From positions 2,213,405 to 2,277,404 of the forward strand of contig NW_003314281.1 of the NCBI RefSeq assembly GCF_000143415.4: DNA of 64,000 bases, written 5' to 3'. Under the pieces are notes generated by a model. That model ran no database searches, was not told the origin of the DNA, and was given only the letters and a program-made list of their open reading frames with translations. Shown here piece after piece: positions 34,601 through 49,315 of this stretch (positions are counted from its first letter, which is position 1; each line of letters begins with the position of its first letter). Both the position numbers and the translations under genes were made by a program. The DNA is from Selaginella moellendorffii. Taxonomy: Eukaryota; Plantae; Lycopodiophyta.

Positions 34601-36180
34601 AAACAATATAATGTAAAAAAAATATATTTTTGTAATGTACAAATATACCTTCTTAGACTAGTAGCAAGTTGTACTCCTCATAGTAAATTCTGTAGGCTAA
34701 CCTTATTTAGTTGAGTCTTTGGTAGCCTAGATTAAGTAGGGTGTTTGCAATAAAACCCTTAAAGACGATCTTTTAAACATGCTTTAGAGTTGCAGATAAG
34801 TTTCTCATAGTTTCTTTCTGCACAACATCTTTGAAACAGTTGAAAGAACTTTTTTGTATCCTTTCTTGTATTGGATGCATATATATGTCAACATATACTA
34901 CAACTCTTCTAGCCATTCCATCCCATGGAAGAATGTTAGGACCCTATCCCTTACATCTTAAGCCAACTAGCTAAAAGGGTGATCACTTGATTGTAGGGCC
35001 CTTTCTTTATCCTATTATTCTGATCTATCCTCCCCTTGTCAAAGAATGATCATCTACAATCATATTTAGGCCATCCTCTAGTCACCATGGTCCTTCTTTT
35101 AGGGTTTACCAAACCTTGGTTCTCCCTCTAGATCCACTATGTTAAATATTCCTTTTGAATATTCTTGCCCTACTCATCAGCCACAAGAATAGAACTGGGC
35201 TCCCATACCAATGTTAGGATCCTATCCCTTACATCCTAAGCCAATTTGCTAAAGGGGGGATCACTTGATTGCAGGGCCCTTTCTTTATCTTATTCTCTTT
35301 ACCTTGTACCTAACAAAAAAAGTACATCCTAGCCTTGCTGATAGCACAACATAGAGGAGCATATTTGCAAAATTGACATTTGAATCTAACAGTAATGGTA
35401 TCACAGGTAGGATGATTGATTGTAAACCCTTGAAAAATATAGAACTTTTTCCGCGATCTTGATTGCATACTTCATCCATGCAATCTAAATGCTCACCACA
35501 ATAAACTACAGACACCATACCTTCAAAATGTTGGAAGTGTGTGGTATTAATCTTGCATCAATTATGGACATTTTGCTTGGTTTCCATTCCCTTCTGTTTA
35601 AAACTTATGTTGTTAACAAGAAGTGGTAGCTCAAAAAAAATATTGCCGTTGTAAGAGGATGGAAGTTTGCTCATGAATCTATACAAAAACAAGCACTTGT
35701 CAACTGAGACATGCGAAAACTGGAAAGCATTGTTAATGGCTTTGAATATTGTTGAAGATGGAGCTAGTGAATTTGACATTGATACTAGCATGGCTTCTCC
35801 ACTTAAACTAAAAGAAGAGGAGAGGATGACGACTGACTCTTGCTTTACATTCACTTTTGCTAGAGTGCATCTTGGCACTTTGATTTGAGATCCAAAAACT
35901 CGAATCTCTTTCGATTTAGAATTTTACAAATTTTATTACTGTTTACCCTCACCCACACCGGAAAGAAGAAACCTTGAGCATGCAACTATACCGGTGTCAT
36001 TGTGAATCACAACCTCTAACAAAATAGAGCCAAGACGAAAATCAAAACGCCAACATAAAAAACTTTTGAAAACAATACTTTGAGAAAATAAAAGAGGTGG
36101 GTGATCTCGAAAATGTAAAAAAAACCTCTCCATCCTTCATAATAGTTTTTGGAGTTCTCTCTCTCTTTATACTATTTGTA
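31634..36180 (-). mobile_element. Extended degenerate MULE-like transposase gene (unit 1; also at ~43688-48231 and ~55658-60204)
   Basis: N-terminal LPSSYNGNIFFELP and CGEHLDCMDEVC; core at 33560-34620 is an inverted homolog of 26230-27200, including GHERTCEFY*VQS; many stops; TRIM insertion. Confidence 0.7.
34934..35315 (-). mobile_element. TRIM-like miniature LTR retrotransposon (also at 46985-47366 and 58958-59339)
   Basis: 104-bp LTR 35212-35315 with TGTTAGG...CCTAACA termini; second, truncated LTR from 34934; PBS-like TGGTATGGGAGCCC on the minus strand at 35197-35210; purine tract near 35028-35040; flanks AAGAA/AAAAA are a degenerate TSD. Confidence 0.75.
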
Positions 36181-39100
36181 AAAATCTATAGTGAAATATA
36201 AATTGAAATTCAAGGAGAGCAATATGAAGAATGTTAATAGCATACAAAATGAATTTAAATTCTATAACAAATTTAATATATGCAAGTGTGATAGTTTTAA
36301 TGTTACTATAATCTATTATAATGTCTGATGCATGTTTGCACATAGATCCAAAGAAGGATTTTCAACACGTGAAGTTTGATAATTAATAATGATATCAGTA
36401 ATGACATTTGAGTATAATGTGGCAATCCAAGAGGTCTGAACTAACTAATAGCACATGTGATGTGTCAAGTTTGTTAAATCTTAAGTGCTAGGTGATGATA
36501 AATTTTATCAAATCTTAAGTGCTAAGTAATGATAATTCTTCAATGATAGATTCAATTCTTACTATGACTTGAGTTTTATCCATAATTGTGAATACTACTC
36601 AATGATATTTAATGCATTTAGGATCTAATACAAAAAAAAATAAATTTCTGGATGAAAATTCATTCATTCATGTATTAATATAGTACAATATATTTCAATA
36701 TGCCTTATTTATAATCTTTAAAGTTCTTGTAATGATTTCAAAATATGTACAAAATATTGATGAAAATGCGTCCTTTCTAGATAATTTGGAAAAAATAATA
36801 TCATATCTCTAATAACAGAAATGTTGATAGGTGCTAGTTATATCATCATTAAAATATACAAAATAAAGAACCATAATTCACATATAATAATAATTATAAG
36901 ATAAAATAAGATCAAAGATATTATGATAGCTGAGATTTAGGTTATTTGGAATGAACAGCCAGGATGAGAAATTGGTTAGGGTTAGGGCAGCCATCAGCCT
37001 TGAGGCCCAGGTTTTTTTAAGGCTCCCTCCCAGAGCGTGAGAGAGATCCAGAGATAGCGAGAGAGTGTGAGAGATGGAGCATGTGAGATTGCGAGAGATC
37101 GGGCACTTAAGAGTGCAAAAGATTGAGCATGCTAGAGTGTGAGAGATTGAGAGATTGAGATCTCCAGTGCTGGTATCTTCCAAAACTTGAGAGACAGCCT
37201 CGTCCTCCTGGTGCCAAGGCCAAGGGCGCGCCGAGGATGTTCCGGGTAAGCTTTTGTTCTCTCTTTTCCTTTGAAGTTTGTTTGTTTACTCGTTTCTTCT
37301 TTTCAGCTCTCCATCGCGCCCCGCCCTGGCAATCCAGCCATGGAGCTCTCTTCCATCCTTGAGCAATCTAGCAGCCGCGAATTTCTTGGGGAGCGATGCT
37401 GCGAGCTTGCGATCGGCCTCACTGGATGTGATCTCGATGCGTTTGAGCACCGGGATCATGAAAAGAGGGCCATACATCCAAGGGCCTTGTACTTCATATT
37501 CTCAAGAACTTCCGAAGAAAAAGGCTACTTTGGTTTCAATTGAGGAGACAGTGATGACAGGGGCTTCAAAAGAACCAGCTCAACAATACGCTGACCAGAT
37601 GCTGCACTACGAGCTGGAAAATGACGTTGGAAAAGATGCTGTAGAAGTTAGAACCAAGTCTGCTTGTAAGGAATAGTACAGTGGCGATGACAGGAGTACT
37701 CCTCAAGTGCTGAATAGTCAAGTGGACGATTGGACCAAAACAACTACAATCGTCGGTGAGAAGGAAGTTAACTCTTGAAACATTTAATCCAGGTGACCAG
37801 AACATTCGGGAGCCTGTTTCCTAAAGAAGAAAGAAGTCACGAAGGTTTGCCGCTTTAACATGCTTGCTTTCTTTCTCACTCGCATTACCGGAGGAACTTT
37901 TAGACGACTATAAACAAGGTTAAAATTGACTGGAGTGCTCTATGGAGTACGAAGTCAAGGCAAGTTCTGTTTGTAAGCCAGCATTTCTTCTATTTGGTCT
38001 TCTAAATTCTTCTATGCTTGCTGATTGCAGATAGTTGAAATGAAAATGATGATGCTAAACATGAAATCTCAGTATCGGCAGCAGATGACAACTACCGGAA
38101 AAGGCCATATCAATCAATGTGAAACTTCTACAGCTGCCAATGATGAAAGAGCTTTCCTTGGTTACAAGCAACCAAGCGAAACAAAACGTTGATTTTCTGA
38201 AGAAGCAAATGCAAAAGCTAGGATAAAGAAAACTTGAGTAGGGAGCTCTTTTCTATAATATCTTTTTCTTATATTATATTGTTTAAAATAAAATTTTGGA
38301 TATGTGAATATCGAGAGGGGAAGTTGCAATAAAAAATTGACTCCATCCTTCAATTGAAATAAACTTGTCCATACAAGTTTATCCACGGAAGTTTGTTTTT
38401 AAACTAAGTTGTGAATGAACAAGAGTGCCCCTTTATCTTGAAAATATCTACCATGGGCCTTGCCTTTAGTATAAATCTTGTCTCCCGAATGGACATGTTT
38501 GGGTCCAGTGACCTTGCAAATGCATGGGTACATTTTGACCATATGGAGTACGTATTAGGTTGGACAACTATGGGAGCTCATGTGTATGATCTAAAGTAAT
38601 TTTTATTCTCATTATATTGAAATTGTTGTAATATTTGTGTTTTCATATGCTATATTGTAACTTGACAATTGTGACAGTAGAGTTTAAAGTACAAGACCAA
38701 ACAACCCAAGAAATATTTTGGAAGTCCCTTTCGGATATTGTCCTAAAGCAAACCGATAAGCTTACAAACTTTCGCAGTTTCATGATAGATGGGGCTAATG
38801 TAAATTGGAATGGTGTTCGAGCAATTTTTGGGAATGGTCAATTATTGGAAGATTATGAGAGTTCCATTGGGCTCAAATCCTAAACTAACACTGCCACTTT
38901 ATCTAGCCAAAGTTTCAATTAATGTTTAAGGAGTTGTGTAAACAGTGATAGGTTGCACTTTCTAAAGAAGAGCATAAGGTAAAAGCAAATAAGATTTGAA
39001 TGTGATGGCGTAAAAATGGCCATACGGATATAAGTTGTTTATTACAACTTGAGTCATGGTTAGGGTGGTGGGAAGTTAAGATGTTCCAGTAAGGACATCA

Positions 39101-39939
39101 CTCTTTTTAAGTTGGTTTCTATTTTTTCTTCTCATTTTATTGCCTTTTAATATTGCCTTTTCCATTAGTGGAGTACACTCTCTGAGCTTCTATTGGTGAT
39201 ATGAAGATTATTCGCTTAAAGTGTTGTTTTCCTTTTGCTGGTGAAGATGTTGGTAATAAGAATACTTTTTCTGCAAACATCTTATTTTTTGTTTTAACAA
39301 ATATCCCTATTATGGCATGTAATAAATATTTAAATTGTTAGAACAAGAAGTGCTCTTTAGAACATTTTTATCTATATAATATGTATGGAGGTATGAAATT
39401 ATTAAATTCATAACCTTATTTAAAGTTTTTAATGTTTGTATTAAACTACAATTGAAATTTGAGCTCAACTTATGAGCTCAACTCTTCAACTTGTGAGTTC
39501 AAATATAGTCCACACTCTATAAAATCTATAACATGGATATAAACATGGTTGGAACTTAGTGTGTTTTATGATATAGATAAGTTTAAGGTGCAAATGGTGC
39601 AAAGCTATTTTGAGTACACTTTTGGAATATTTACAAAGTCTAATAAATGGTCAGCTCTTGTTTTGGGTTTAATTTTGTGTTTATCATCAACTTTTAGAAT
39701 GCTATTATGGTGATCCCATCCAGTATTGTGGAGGATTCAAGGACTAAAATGAAATCGAGGAAGTTATGTCTAAAGCTTAGACATGCTAATGTTTTTATCA
39801 CTATCATCTCCAACTGAGGTTGCTGATTATCAACTCACTTGGCAAGAATAGCAAAATCAACACATTTTAACACTTTGATTTATAAGAACTACTGCCCTTA
39901 AAGAATATACTCAGACAGCGGCGGCTAGGGCTTAAGCCC

Positions 39940-42900
39940 ATGGAGGTGGATGCGAGCACTGTGGAGGAGTTTGTAGAGTTCATCGAAGACATAGATGGGG
40001 CAGAGGGCTGCGAATTTTACCTTGATGATGGTAGAGTGGCGGTACATGATGTTCTCCAGGAGTTCTCGGCTGTCTTTATCAGTGTGAAGCGCTATGAGCA
40101 AGGCAGGGTCAGGTGGAGACGTCTACAGGCAGGGGAAGACGGCCTGAGCAGGTCTACATATGTGCCTGGATCTTCTCATACTATTCGGGCAACGAAGGCT
40201 CCTACACGTAAGTAGCGTTGCCTGGATCTGCCGGCCTGGTGTGGTTTTCGCAACTTTGTGGTCTTTGGATCTGTGTTCTTTCTGGGCTGTGCGTTATTTA
40301 GGAGTGCTTCTCGTTTCGCCCTTTTTTTGCCTCGTCGCGCCTCTTGCCCCCTGGCTATGCCGAGTACTGACAAGTTTATATTTCTGTTTCAGCGACCCTG
40401 CCGATAACCCTTCAAGCTGCGCCAGGTAAGCAATTGCTGAGCAAAACCACTTCTTGGCTGGAACTTGGCGTTTACTTGTCGTGGTGCTAGTGCCTGGTCT
40501 CTGTGTGTTTGTGAAGCCCTTCGGCTGTTGCCTTTGTTGGTGCGGTGTGTTTTTTTTGCTGTGCAGCTTGTAGAACGTGTTGCCTGGATTTTTCTGCATC
40601 TGCGGCTCTTCGTACGTACGGGGTTATGCTTTGGTGTTTAATGTGTTGGTGTACTGTGGCTATTTCTACTACTGACACATTTGTGTTGTTGTAGTGTCGA
40701 GGTTGCTGGATGTATACACAAAACAACTGGAGGATGCAAGGTTTCTTCGCGGGATGCCGGCGAGGAGGGTGCCAGGCTGCAAATTGCCTCTTGTGGACAA
40801 CGGTGCGCAGCCGTATTTACATGCGGACTTGGGAGATTATTTTACTTTGGTCGGAAGGGACGAGACGATTCAGCATCTTATGGCAGCCGCTGCACGGGTC
40901 TTTGCAACTTTTATGAACACGACGGCCAGTGCCTCGGATATTGAACGAAAAGAGTTCATGTTGATGGTCATCGGATTTCCTGGCGCAGGTAAAACAACTG
41001 TCGGGTCATGCCTTTCAGCTCTCCTCAGAGAAGCGTGGTTGAGGGGCACAGAAACAGGGGCTATAGATGCCATTCTCGAGGACCAGCTTGGTTCTGGTAG
41101 GCTTGTCACTCAGTTCAAGGAAATGGTGAATAATGTGTTGGAGACCGGGAAACACCTTCGAATGTATCATTCCCTTGAGACGACAAGGACTGGGGGTGCA
41201 CTTCTGCTTGAGAACGGCCTGGAAGGCGCACAGGTTTTGGCCCTTCGGTCCTTGCATGCAGCACTTTGTCCAATGAATACGACTGCATATGGTGATTTTC
41301 TCAAGGAGTTGGATGGCATATTTCCGGGCCTGAGGAATGTGCTGGCTTTCGGAGATGTGGTCGACTTCATTCGAACTGGTCTTAAGGTTCCTGCCGACAA
41401 GCGAATTTTCCTATCTTGGTTTTTTGATGAAGTCAATAAGGCTCGACCTCAGCGAGGTCGCCCAGCTGCATCGTCCTGGATTCATGAAGCTTTCTCGGCC
41501 TACGTTCAACATATCAAAGGTAACCGAGGTGGCTTGACGTTTCCTGTACTTACAGCAGCAACGACCCGATTTTCTGGGGCCACAATGCGTTACACGTCTA
41601 CGGAGAATGCTACGAGTATTTTTATCCCTATCAGGCCTTTGAAAGAGGAGGAAGTGGAACATATAACGAAAATTTTCTTTTCAAGACTAGGAGATACTCT
41701 CGACATGGAGAAACCATTTGAGTTGAAGGACGGACTAAGGAAGCTGATAAAGTTAGCAGGAGGTAATCCTAGGATGCTTGATCACCTGTTGAGAGGGTTG
41801 ATGCCCGAGCACCCTCATCTCGAAGCTTTGAAGTTCTACGAGAAGGTTTGTTCGGCTCTTTTTTGTCTTTTTTCTTGATGTGATGAGAAGTTTTTTTATG
41901 TTTGTTACAGGTGGATCAAGATCTCACCCAAGCCGATCTGTGCAAAACAATAACGAATGCGTGGAAACGTATTAAGGGCAGTTATTATCTTCACTACCTT
42001 CATGACAGCAACTATTTGTTAGTGCTACGAGCCCTTTATGTTGCGCTGCTGGGGACCCTTATCAATCGGGACGACCTAGTATGGCCAGGCATTTACAGTG
42101 ATAAGTGGGGATTTTTAGAGTCTTGCGGTTTAGTTGGACTCTTACGCAACGAGGTACTTTTCTGGTATTTCAGAAGTTTATGTGAGTGCTTATGTGGGGT
42201 TAATTTACAGGAGGAGCCGCCTCCCCATAAGCAGGTAAAATTATCGAAACAGGAAGACACAAAGAATGGAATGCGCGCTTTTTCCATCATGTTCTCTCCA
42301 CTCCTTATATACCATCTTGTCGAGAACCTACATGTGGCGGAGCTGCGACATTTATGGCCTCCTATACTGGATTCTAATCCCAAGGTTAAGGAGGTATCAG
42401 ACCTCATGTGCATTGTCTTCATGATATACATGGGTAAGCTTTTTCATGATCGCGAGAAGGACACGGTGTTCGAGTTCACACTCAAAGACATTCTCCCCTC
42501 AAATTTCCGCGTTCCTGCACGTATGCAAGCTTTGAAGTTCCGGTTGCCAGCTGGTGCAAGGTTTGGACCTCCGAAACGTCAGCCTCATCAGATTCATGAA
42601 GCAGAGGCATTTCAAGCCTTTTTAAATGACAACAAGAAGCAATTCTATTGGGTTGGTATTGGCAACCATGGACCTGATAGCTTCATCCATCTAAAGCTAG
42701 TGGTTGTGGAGGATACGTTGGATGATTTTTTTATATTTCTTGAGAGTAAGCACAGGGAATGTTATGAAGGCCAACAAGCAAGATGGGAACAAGATTTTCT
42801 GAAGAAAACATGGAGGATAGAGCAATGGATAGAAGGTATTTAATTTTATTTGTGGGTGGTTAAATGTGTGTCTTTTCAGATGGGGAGTACGCTGTCATTT

Positions 42901-43390
42901 TTATGACAGACCAAGCATTGCATAACGTGATTCGGAAAGTAAAAAAGCAGGATAAGATGGTTGTTCCGAAGGTGGATACATGCTATTACGGGTATCCGCA
43001 GCAGAGTCCATTTGGTACGTTTTTTTATGCTTTTCTTTTTGTTAGAATTGGTTTTTATGTTTTTATGTTGTATGTGTAGGTTTATTTAGTGCCGTGAGGC
43101 ACACATCAATGCTAGCAGCTGCAAGTTGGAGTTGGAGAGGAAAACAAACGAGAGAACCTTTTGATCCAACCTACGAACCTAGTGGTAATCCACGGGGTGC
43201 TGAGCGAAGAACACCACCAAGAACACGCTCTAAAACCCGAGGACAGGTTGGAAGAACACGCTCTAAAACCCCAGGACAGGTTGGAAGAACACGCTCTAAA
43301 ACCCGAGGACAGGTTGGAAGAACACGCTCTAAAACCCAAGGACAGGTTGGAAGAACACGCTCTAAAGGTGCCACGAAGCGAAAAAGGTAA
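39940..43390 (+). CDS. CR-like NTPase + PD-(D/E)xK nuclease protein, copy 2. Exons 39940-40207, 40393-40425, 40695-41845, 41911-42153, 42211-42835, 42880-43014, 43080-43390
   Basis: Translations identical to copy 1 at offset +12054; splice sites conserved. Confidence 0.85.
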
Positions 43391-46300
43391 CCAGGAGGTT
43401 TGACAAGCACCATCAATGGTTTGCACAAAGTATTAATGTGTGCAATTGTCCTGTATAGAAAGAGATATGTATCTTAACCTTAATGGGCGTGAATATCTTT
43501 TACCAATACTCACTATATCATTTTTAAGTGTTGTGCTGAATGTGTGGTGAGTGCTCACACACCACAAAAAAGTTTTTGTGGTGCATGAGCATTCGAGCCC
43601 ATGCTCTTTTGGAATATTGTAGTTGATACTATATTCACATGCATTGTGATGAGAGATGGGTCTGAAATTAGACAATACATGGGGTATGATAGTGAGTGTA
43701 AATCCCAGCTCCCTCATGCCCACATCAACAGTATAATCAAAGCATTTTGCCACTTTATGAAAGAGAATTTTCTGTTAGCTACACACATCAGAATTTTTGT
43801 AGCCATTGCCAATGCTTAGTGGTAGCAGGGCCTTGGTTTAATGTATTTTTAATAGCTCTTAGAACAACATGTATAACTTATAGCAGAGAGAAATCAGTCT
43901 ACTCCAATTTCAATATTGGATCATTTGTGCTACCTAGGGAGGGGGAATAGTCAAACTCACCTTGATTCCACCACATACGAGGTGAGCTCCTCCAATAATG
44001 TAGAAGCACGAAGTCAGTGAGAGTATTAGAGTTTTAGACAAAGATCTAAAGACCCAATGAGCTCTTTAATCTGATGCAAATGCAAATCTCACCCACAAGT
44101 CTCTTCACACTAGAATTTTAAGAAATCCTGTTCATTGGAAACTTTTTCCAACCAAGAAAAGGTGGCACCTTGTTCTTAACCCGCAAAATACATTTGGGTT
44201 TGTAGCTGTCTTCCACCTGCTTCAATCTAATGTCTCTACCAACACTGAGGCCAGGAGGTGATGTGCTATGCCAATTCCATTGCATTGCACTACAACCAAG
44301 TGAGAATCTCGCTAGCTGTGAGAGAAACAAACAATGATTACTTCACAAAATTCCTTGGGGATGTCCTATTGCTAGTAGCCAACCATGAAGTAAAACAAAG
44401 CCTTCCAAAACACTCTAAAGCTTATTAAAACTGAATGCAATTTTACTGGCACTCATAATCTTCTCATTAATCACTAATATCATTTTTAAAACACTTTTGA
44501 AGACTTTTAAATGCTTCAGAAAAGGGGTGAAGCCCAACCCAACCCTTCTTTATTATTGCCCTCCTTTTTATAGTTGGCTCTCCCAATGATTTCTTCTAGT
44601 TCTCTATTGAGTGTAGACTTCAAGGAATATCCATGCATCTCCACATCACATCCTAAATGTAATGTCGATCAAAACATGATTTCCATTGTTTCCAGGGTTT
44701 GGATGGCATAGCTATGCCACATGCCACCACCTAGGATGCAATCCTACTTCTTTAGGTTTTGCCCAAGCTCATACTTCTTAGCTAATGCTCCCACATTCAT
44801 TGTTAACAAGTGAATCTTATCCTTGTTTGATCTCTAGGGCCAATCCCAACTGTCCTTAACAACATCTAAACTTTTGAGGTAGACCCAATAGCACCTTCTT
44901 AAAGCTTCTCCACCATCTCTCCCTTAGCTAAAATAGAAAATTCTTATATCTACTGCTTTGTGGGAATCTCTAAACCTATCCTAGATTCCTTTTGTTTCAA
45001 CATCCCTTTGCCACTTGCTCAATAGGTGATTCCATCCTACACTTGCTCCTTGGTTGTCTTCTCAAGCTCAAGCAATGCCTCTGCATCCTCTGAGATGTCC
45101 TCATCCTTGTCTTTTAGCTTGCTAATGGTGTCCTCTGAGTCATCACCTAGGTCCAGCTCCTCCCTAGTGAACTCCTCAAATTTCTACTTAGACTCCTCTT
45201 CTCCTATCGCTTCCTTCCATAAGATCTTAATTTCCTAGTGCAAAGTCTTTTGTTGCAACTTTTTCCTTGAGGATCTAGTTGACACGATTGCCTCAATCAG
45301 CTTCCCTATTGTCCAAAGCTGCCACACCATAAGCTCCTATAATATAGAGCTCTCCTCCACAATTTAATGTTTTTTTGGAATCTTTATTAGTGTGTTTTCA
45401 TATTGGGTGTTGAACTCCATAATTTGTTATTCAAATTCTAACTTTTGTTGTCCCTGTGCCTTTACTAAATGTTGTATGATATAGTAAGCAATTTCAACCT
45501 GTTGTGATGCACTCTTTTTATCAGCCATTTTAGATGGCTTTATCTGAGGGCAGTGTATTAGAGTAGAATGATACTCAACATCAGGCATATGAGAGCTTTT
45601 TACTCTAATGTCTATGCCAACATCTTCACTAACAAAGGAAAAACGATGCTTTGAGTGGACTATCTTCATATCACTAATAGAAGCTCGAGAAGTGTACTCC
45701 ATAGATATGCTGTGGAGCACTTCCTCAATTGCAGTTACCATTATTTAGGCGGGTGGAGTCAATTTTCTCTTCATCCTATCATGTAATATCTCAATAGAAA
45801 GCCTTGTTCCCATGTAACCACTTGAGGACCTCGTATACACCCCAACTGTGAATCTCTCCGAAAGTAAGCACTAGAGTTGGCATTTCTCTGAAGCAGGGAA
45901 AGGGAAGATGAGTCTATATGAAGTCTATTAAATTTAATATGCACTATAAAGCAATCTTCAAAAGTGTTCCAATTTGAGGAGATATTAAAAAGTAATAAAA
46001 TGACAAGAAAAATAGAAACCAACTTAAAAAGAGTGATGTCCCCATTGGAACATCCTAACTTTTACCACCTTAACTATGACTCAAGTTGAGGTAAGCAACT
46101 TGTGTCTGCATAGCCACCTTCACGCCATCATATTTAAATTTTATTTACCTTTGCCTTGTGCTTTTCTTTAAAGGATGCAGGTTGCCATTATTTGCACAAC
46201 TCCTTAAACACTGATTGAAACTTTGGCTTGATAAGATGGTAGTGTTAGTTTAGGCTCTGAACCTAATAGAACTCACAAGTCCTTTCATGACCTTCCAATG

Positions 46301-49191
46301 GTTAACTAGTTCTAAAAATTGCTTGGACACCATTCTAGTTTGCACTAGCCCTATCTACCATGAAATAACAAAATTTTATAGGCTTCCAGTCCGCTTTAGC
46401 ATAATATCAAAAAGGGACTTCCAAAATATTTCCTGGGTTGTTTGGTTTTTTACTTTAAACTTTATTGTTGCAATTGTCAAGTTACAATATAGCCTATGAA
46501 AAAACAAATATTACAACCATTTCAATATACTGAGAATAAAAATTACCTTGGATACATGTGAGCTCCCATAGTTGTCCAACCTAATACACGCTCCATATGG
46601 TCAAAATGTACCCCTACATTGTAGAGATTCACACATCCAATTTTTTATCCTAAACAATATAATGTAGAAAATATATATTTTTGTAATGTACAAATATACC
46701 TCCTCAAACTAGTAGCAAGTTGTACTCCTCGTAGTAAATTCTATAGGCTAACCTTATTTAGTTAAGTCTTTGGTAGCCTAGATTAAGTAGGGTGTTTGCA
46801 ATAAAACCCTTAAAGACGATCTTTTAAACATGCTTTAGAGTTGCAGATAAGTTTCTCATAGTTTCTTTCTGCACAACATCTTTGAAATAGTTGAAAGAAC
46901 TTTTTTGTATCCTTTCTTGTATTGGATGCATATATATGTCAACATATACTACAACTCTTCTAGCCATTCCATCCCATGGAAGAATGTTAGGACCCTATCC
47001 CTTACATCTTAAGCCAACTAGCTAAAAGGGTGATCACTTGATTGTAGGGCCCTTTCTTTATCCTATTATTCTGATCTATCCTCCCCTTGTCAAAGAATGA
47101 TCATCTACAATCATATTTAGGCCATCCTCTAGTCACCATGGTCCTTCTTTTAGGGTTTACCAAACCTTGGTTCTCCCTCTAGATCCACTATGTTAAATAT
47201 TCCTTTTGAATATTCTTGCCCTACTCATCAGCCACAAGAATAGAACTGGGCTCCCATACCAATGTTAGGATCCTATCCCTTACATCCTAAGCCAATTTGC
47301 TAAAGGGGGGATCACTTGATTGCAGGGCCCTTTCTTTATCTTATTCTCTTTACCTTGTACCTAACAAAAAAAGTACATCCTAGCCTTGCTGATAGCACAA
47401 CATAGAGGAGCATATTTGCAAAATTGACATTTGAATCTAACAGTAATGGTATCACAGGTAGGATGATTGATTGTAAACCCTTGAAAAATATAGAACTTTT
47501 TCTGCGATCTTGATTGCATACTTCATCCATGCAATCTAAATGCTCACCACAATAAACTATAGATACCATACCTTCAAAATGTTGAAAATGTGTGGTTTTA
47601 ATCTTGCATCAATTATGGACATTCTGCTTGGTTTCCATCCCCTTCTGTTTAAAACTTATGTTGTTAACAAGAAGTGGTAGCTCAAAAAAAATATTGCCGT
47701 TGTAGGAGGATGGAAGTTTGCTCATGAATCTATACAAAAACAAGCACTTGTCAACTGAGACATGCGAAAACTGGAAAGCATTGTTAATGGCTTTGAATAT
47801 TGTTGAAGATGGAGCTAGTGAATTTGACATTGATACTAGCATGGCTTCTCCACTTAAACTAAAAGAAGAGGAGAGGATGACGACTGACTCTTGCTTTACA
47901 TTCACTTTTGCTAGAGTGCATCTTGGCACTTTGATTTGAGATCCAAAAACTCGAATCTCTTTCGATTTAGAATTTTACAAATTTTATTACTGTTTACCCT
48001 CACCCACACCGGAAAGAAGAAACCTTGAGCATGCAACTATACCGGTGTCATTGTGAATCACAACCTCTAACAAAATAGAGCCAAGACGAAAATCAAAACG
48101 CCAACATAAAAAACTTTTGAAAACAATACTTTGAGAAAATAAAAGAGGTGGGTGATCTCGAAAATGTAAAAAAAACCTCTCCATCCTTCATAATAGTTTT
48201 TGGAGTTCTCTCTCTCTTTATACTATTTGTAAAAATCTATAGTGAAATATAAATTGAAATTCAAGGAGAGCAATATGAAGAATGTTAATAGCATACAAAA
48301 TGAATTTAAATTCTATAACAAATTTAATATATGCAAGTGTGATAGTTTTAATGTTACTATAATCTATTATAATGTCTGATGCATGTTTGCACATAGATCC
48401 AAAGAAGGATTTTCAACACGTGAAGTTTGATAATTAATAATGATATCAGTAATGACATTTGAGTATAATGTGGCAATCCAAGAGGTCTGAACTAACTAAT
48501 AGCACATGTGATGTGTCAAGTTTGTTAAATCTTAAGTGCTAGGTGATGATAAATTTTATCAAATCTTAAGTGCTAAGTAATGATAATTCTTCAATGATAG
48601 ATTCAATTCTTACTATGACTTGAGTTTTATCCATAATTGTGAATACTACTCAATGATATTTAATGCATTTAGGATCTAATACAAAAAAAAATAAATTTCT
48701 GGATGAAAATTCATTCATTCATGTATTAGTATAGTACAATATATTTCAATATGCCTTATTTATAATCTTTAAAGTTCTTGTAATGATTTCAAAATATGTA
48801 CAAAATATTGATGAAAATGCATCCTTTCTAGATAATTTGGAAAAAATAATATCATATCTCTAATAACAGAAATGTTGATAGGTGCTAGTTATATCATCAT
48901 TAAAATATACAAAATAAAGAACCATAATTCACATATAATAATAATTATAAGATAAAATAAGATCAAAGATATTATGATAGCTGAGATTTAGGTTATTTGG
49001 AATGAACAGCCAGGATGAGAAATTGGTTAGGGTTAGGGCAGCCATCAGCCTTGAGTGAGATTGCGAGAGATCGGGCACGTAAGAGTGCAAAAGATTGAGC
49101 ATGCTAGAGTGTGAGAGATTGAGAGATTGAGATCTCCAGTGCTGGTATCTTCCGAAACTTGAGAGACAGCCTCGTCCTCCTGGTGCCAAGG

Positions 49192-49315
49192 CCATGGCCG
49201 GATTGCCAGGGCGGGGCGCGATGGAGAGCTGAAAAGAAGAAACGAGTAAACAAACAAACTTCAAAGGAAAAGAGAGAACAAAAGCTTACCCGGAACATCC
49301 TTGGCGCGCCCTTGG
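49192..49315. other. 124-bp segment inverted relative to units 1, 2 and 4
   Basis: Reverse complement of 25179-25302 with the same flanks. Confidence 0.92.
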
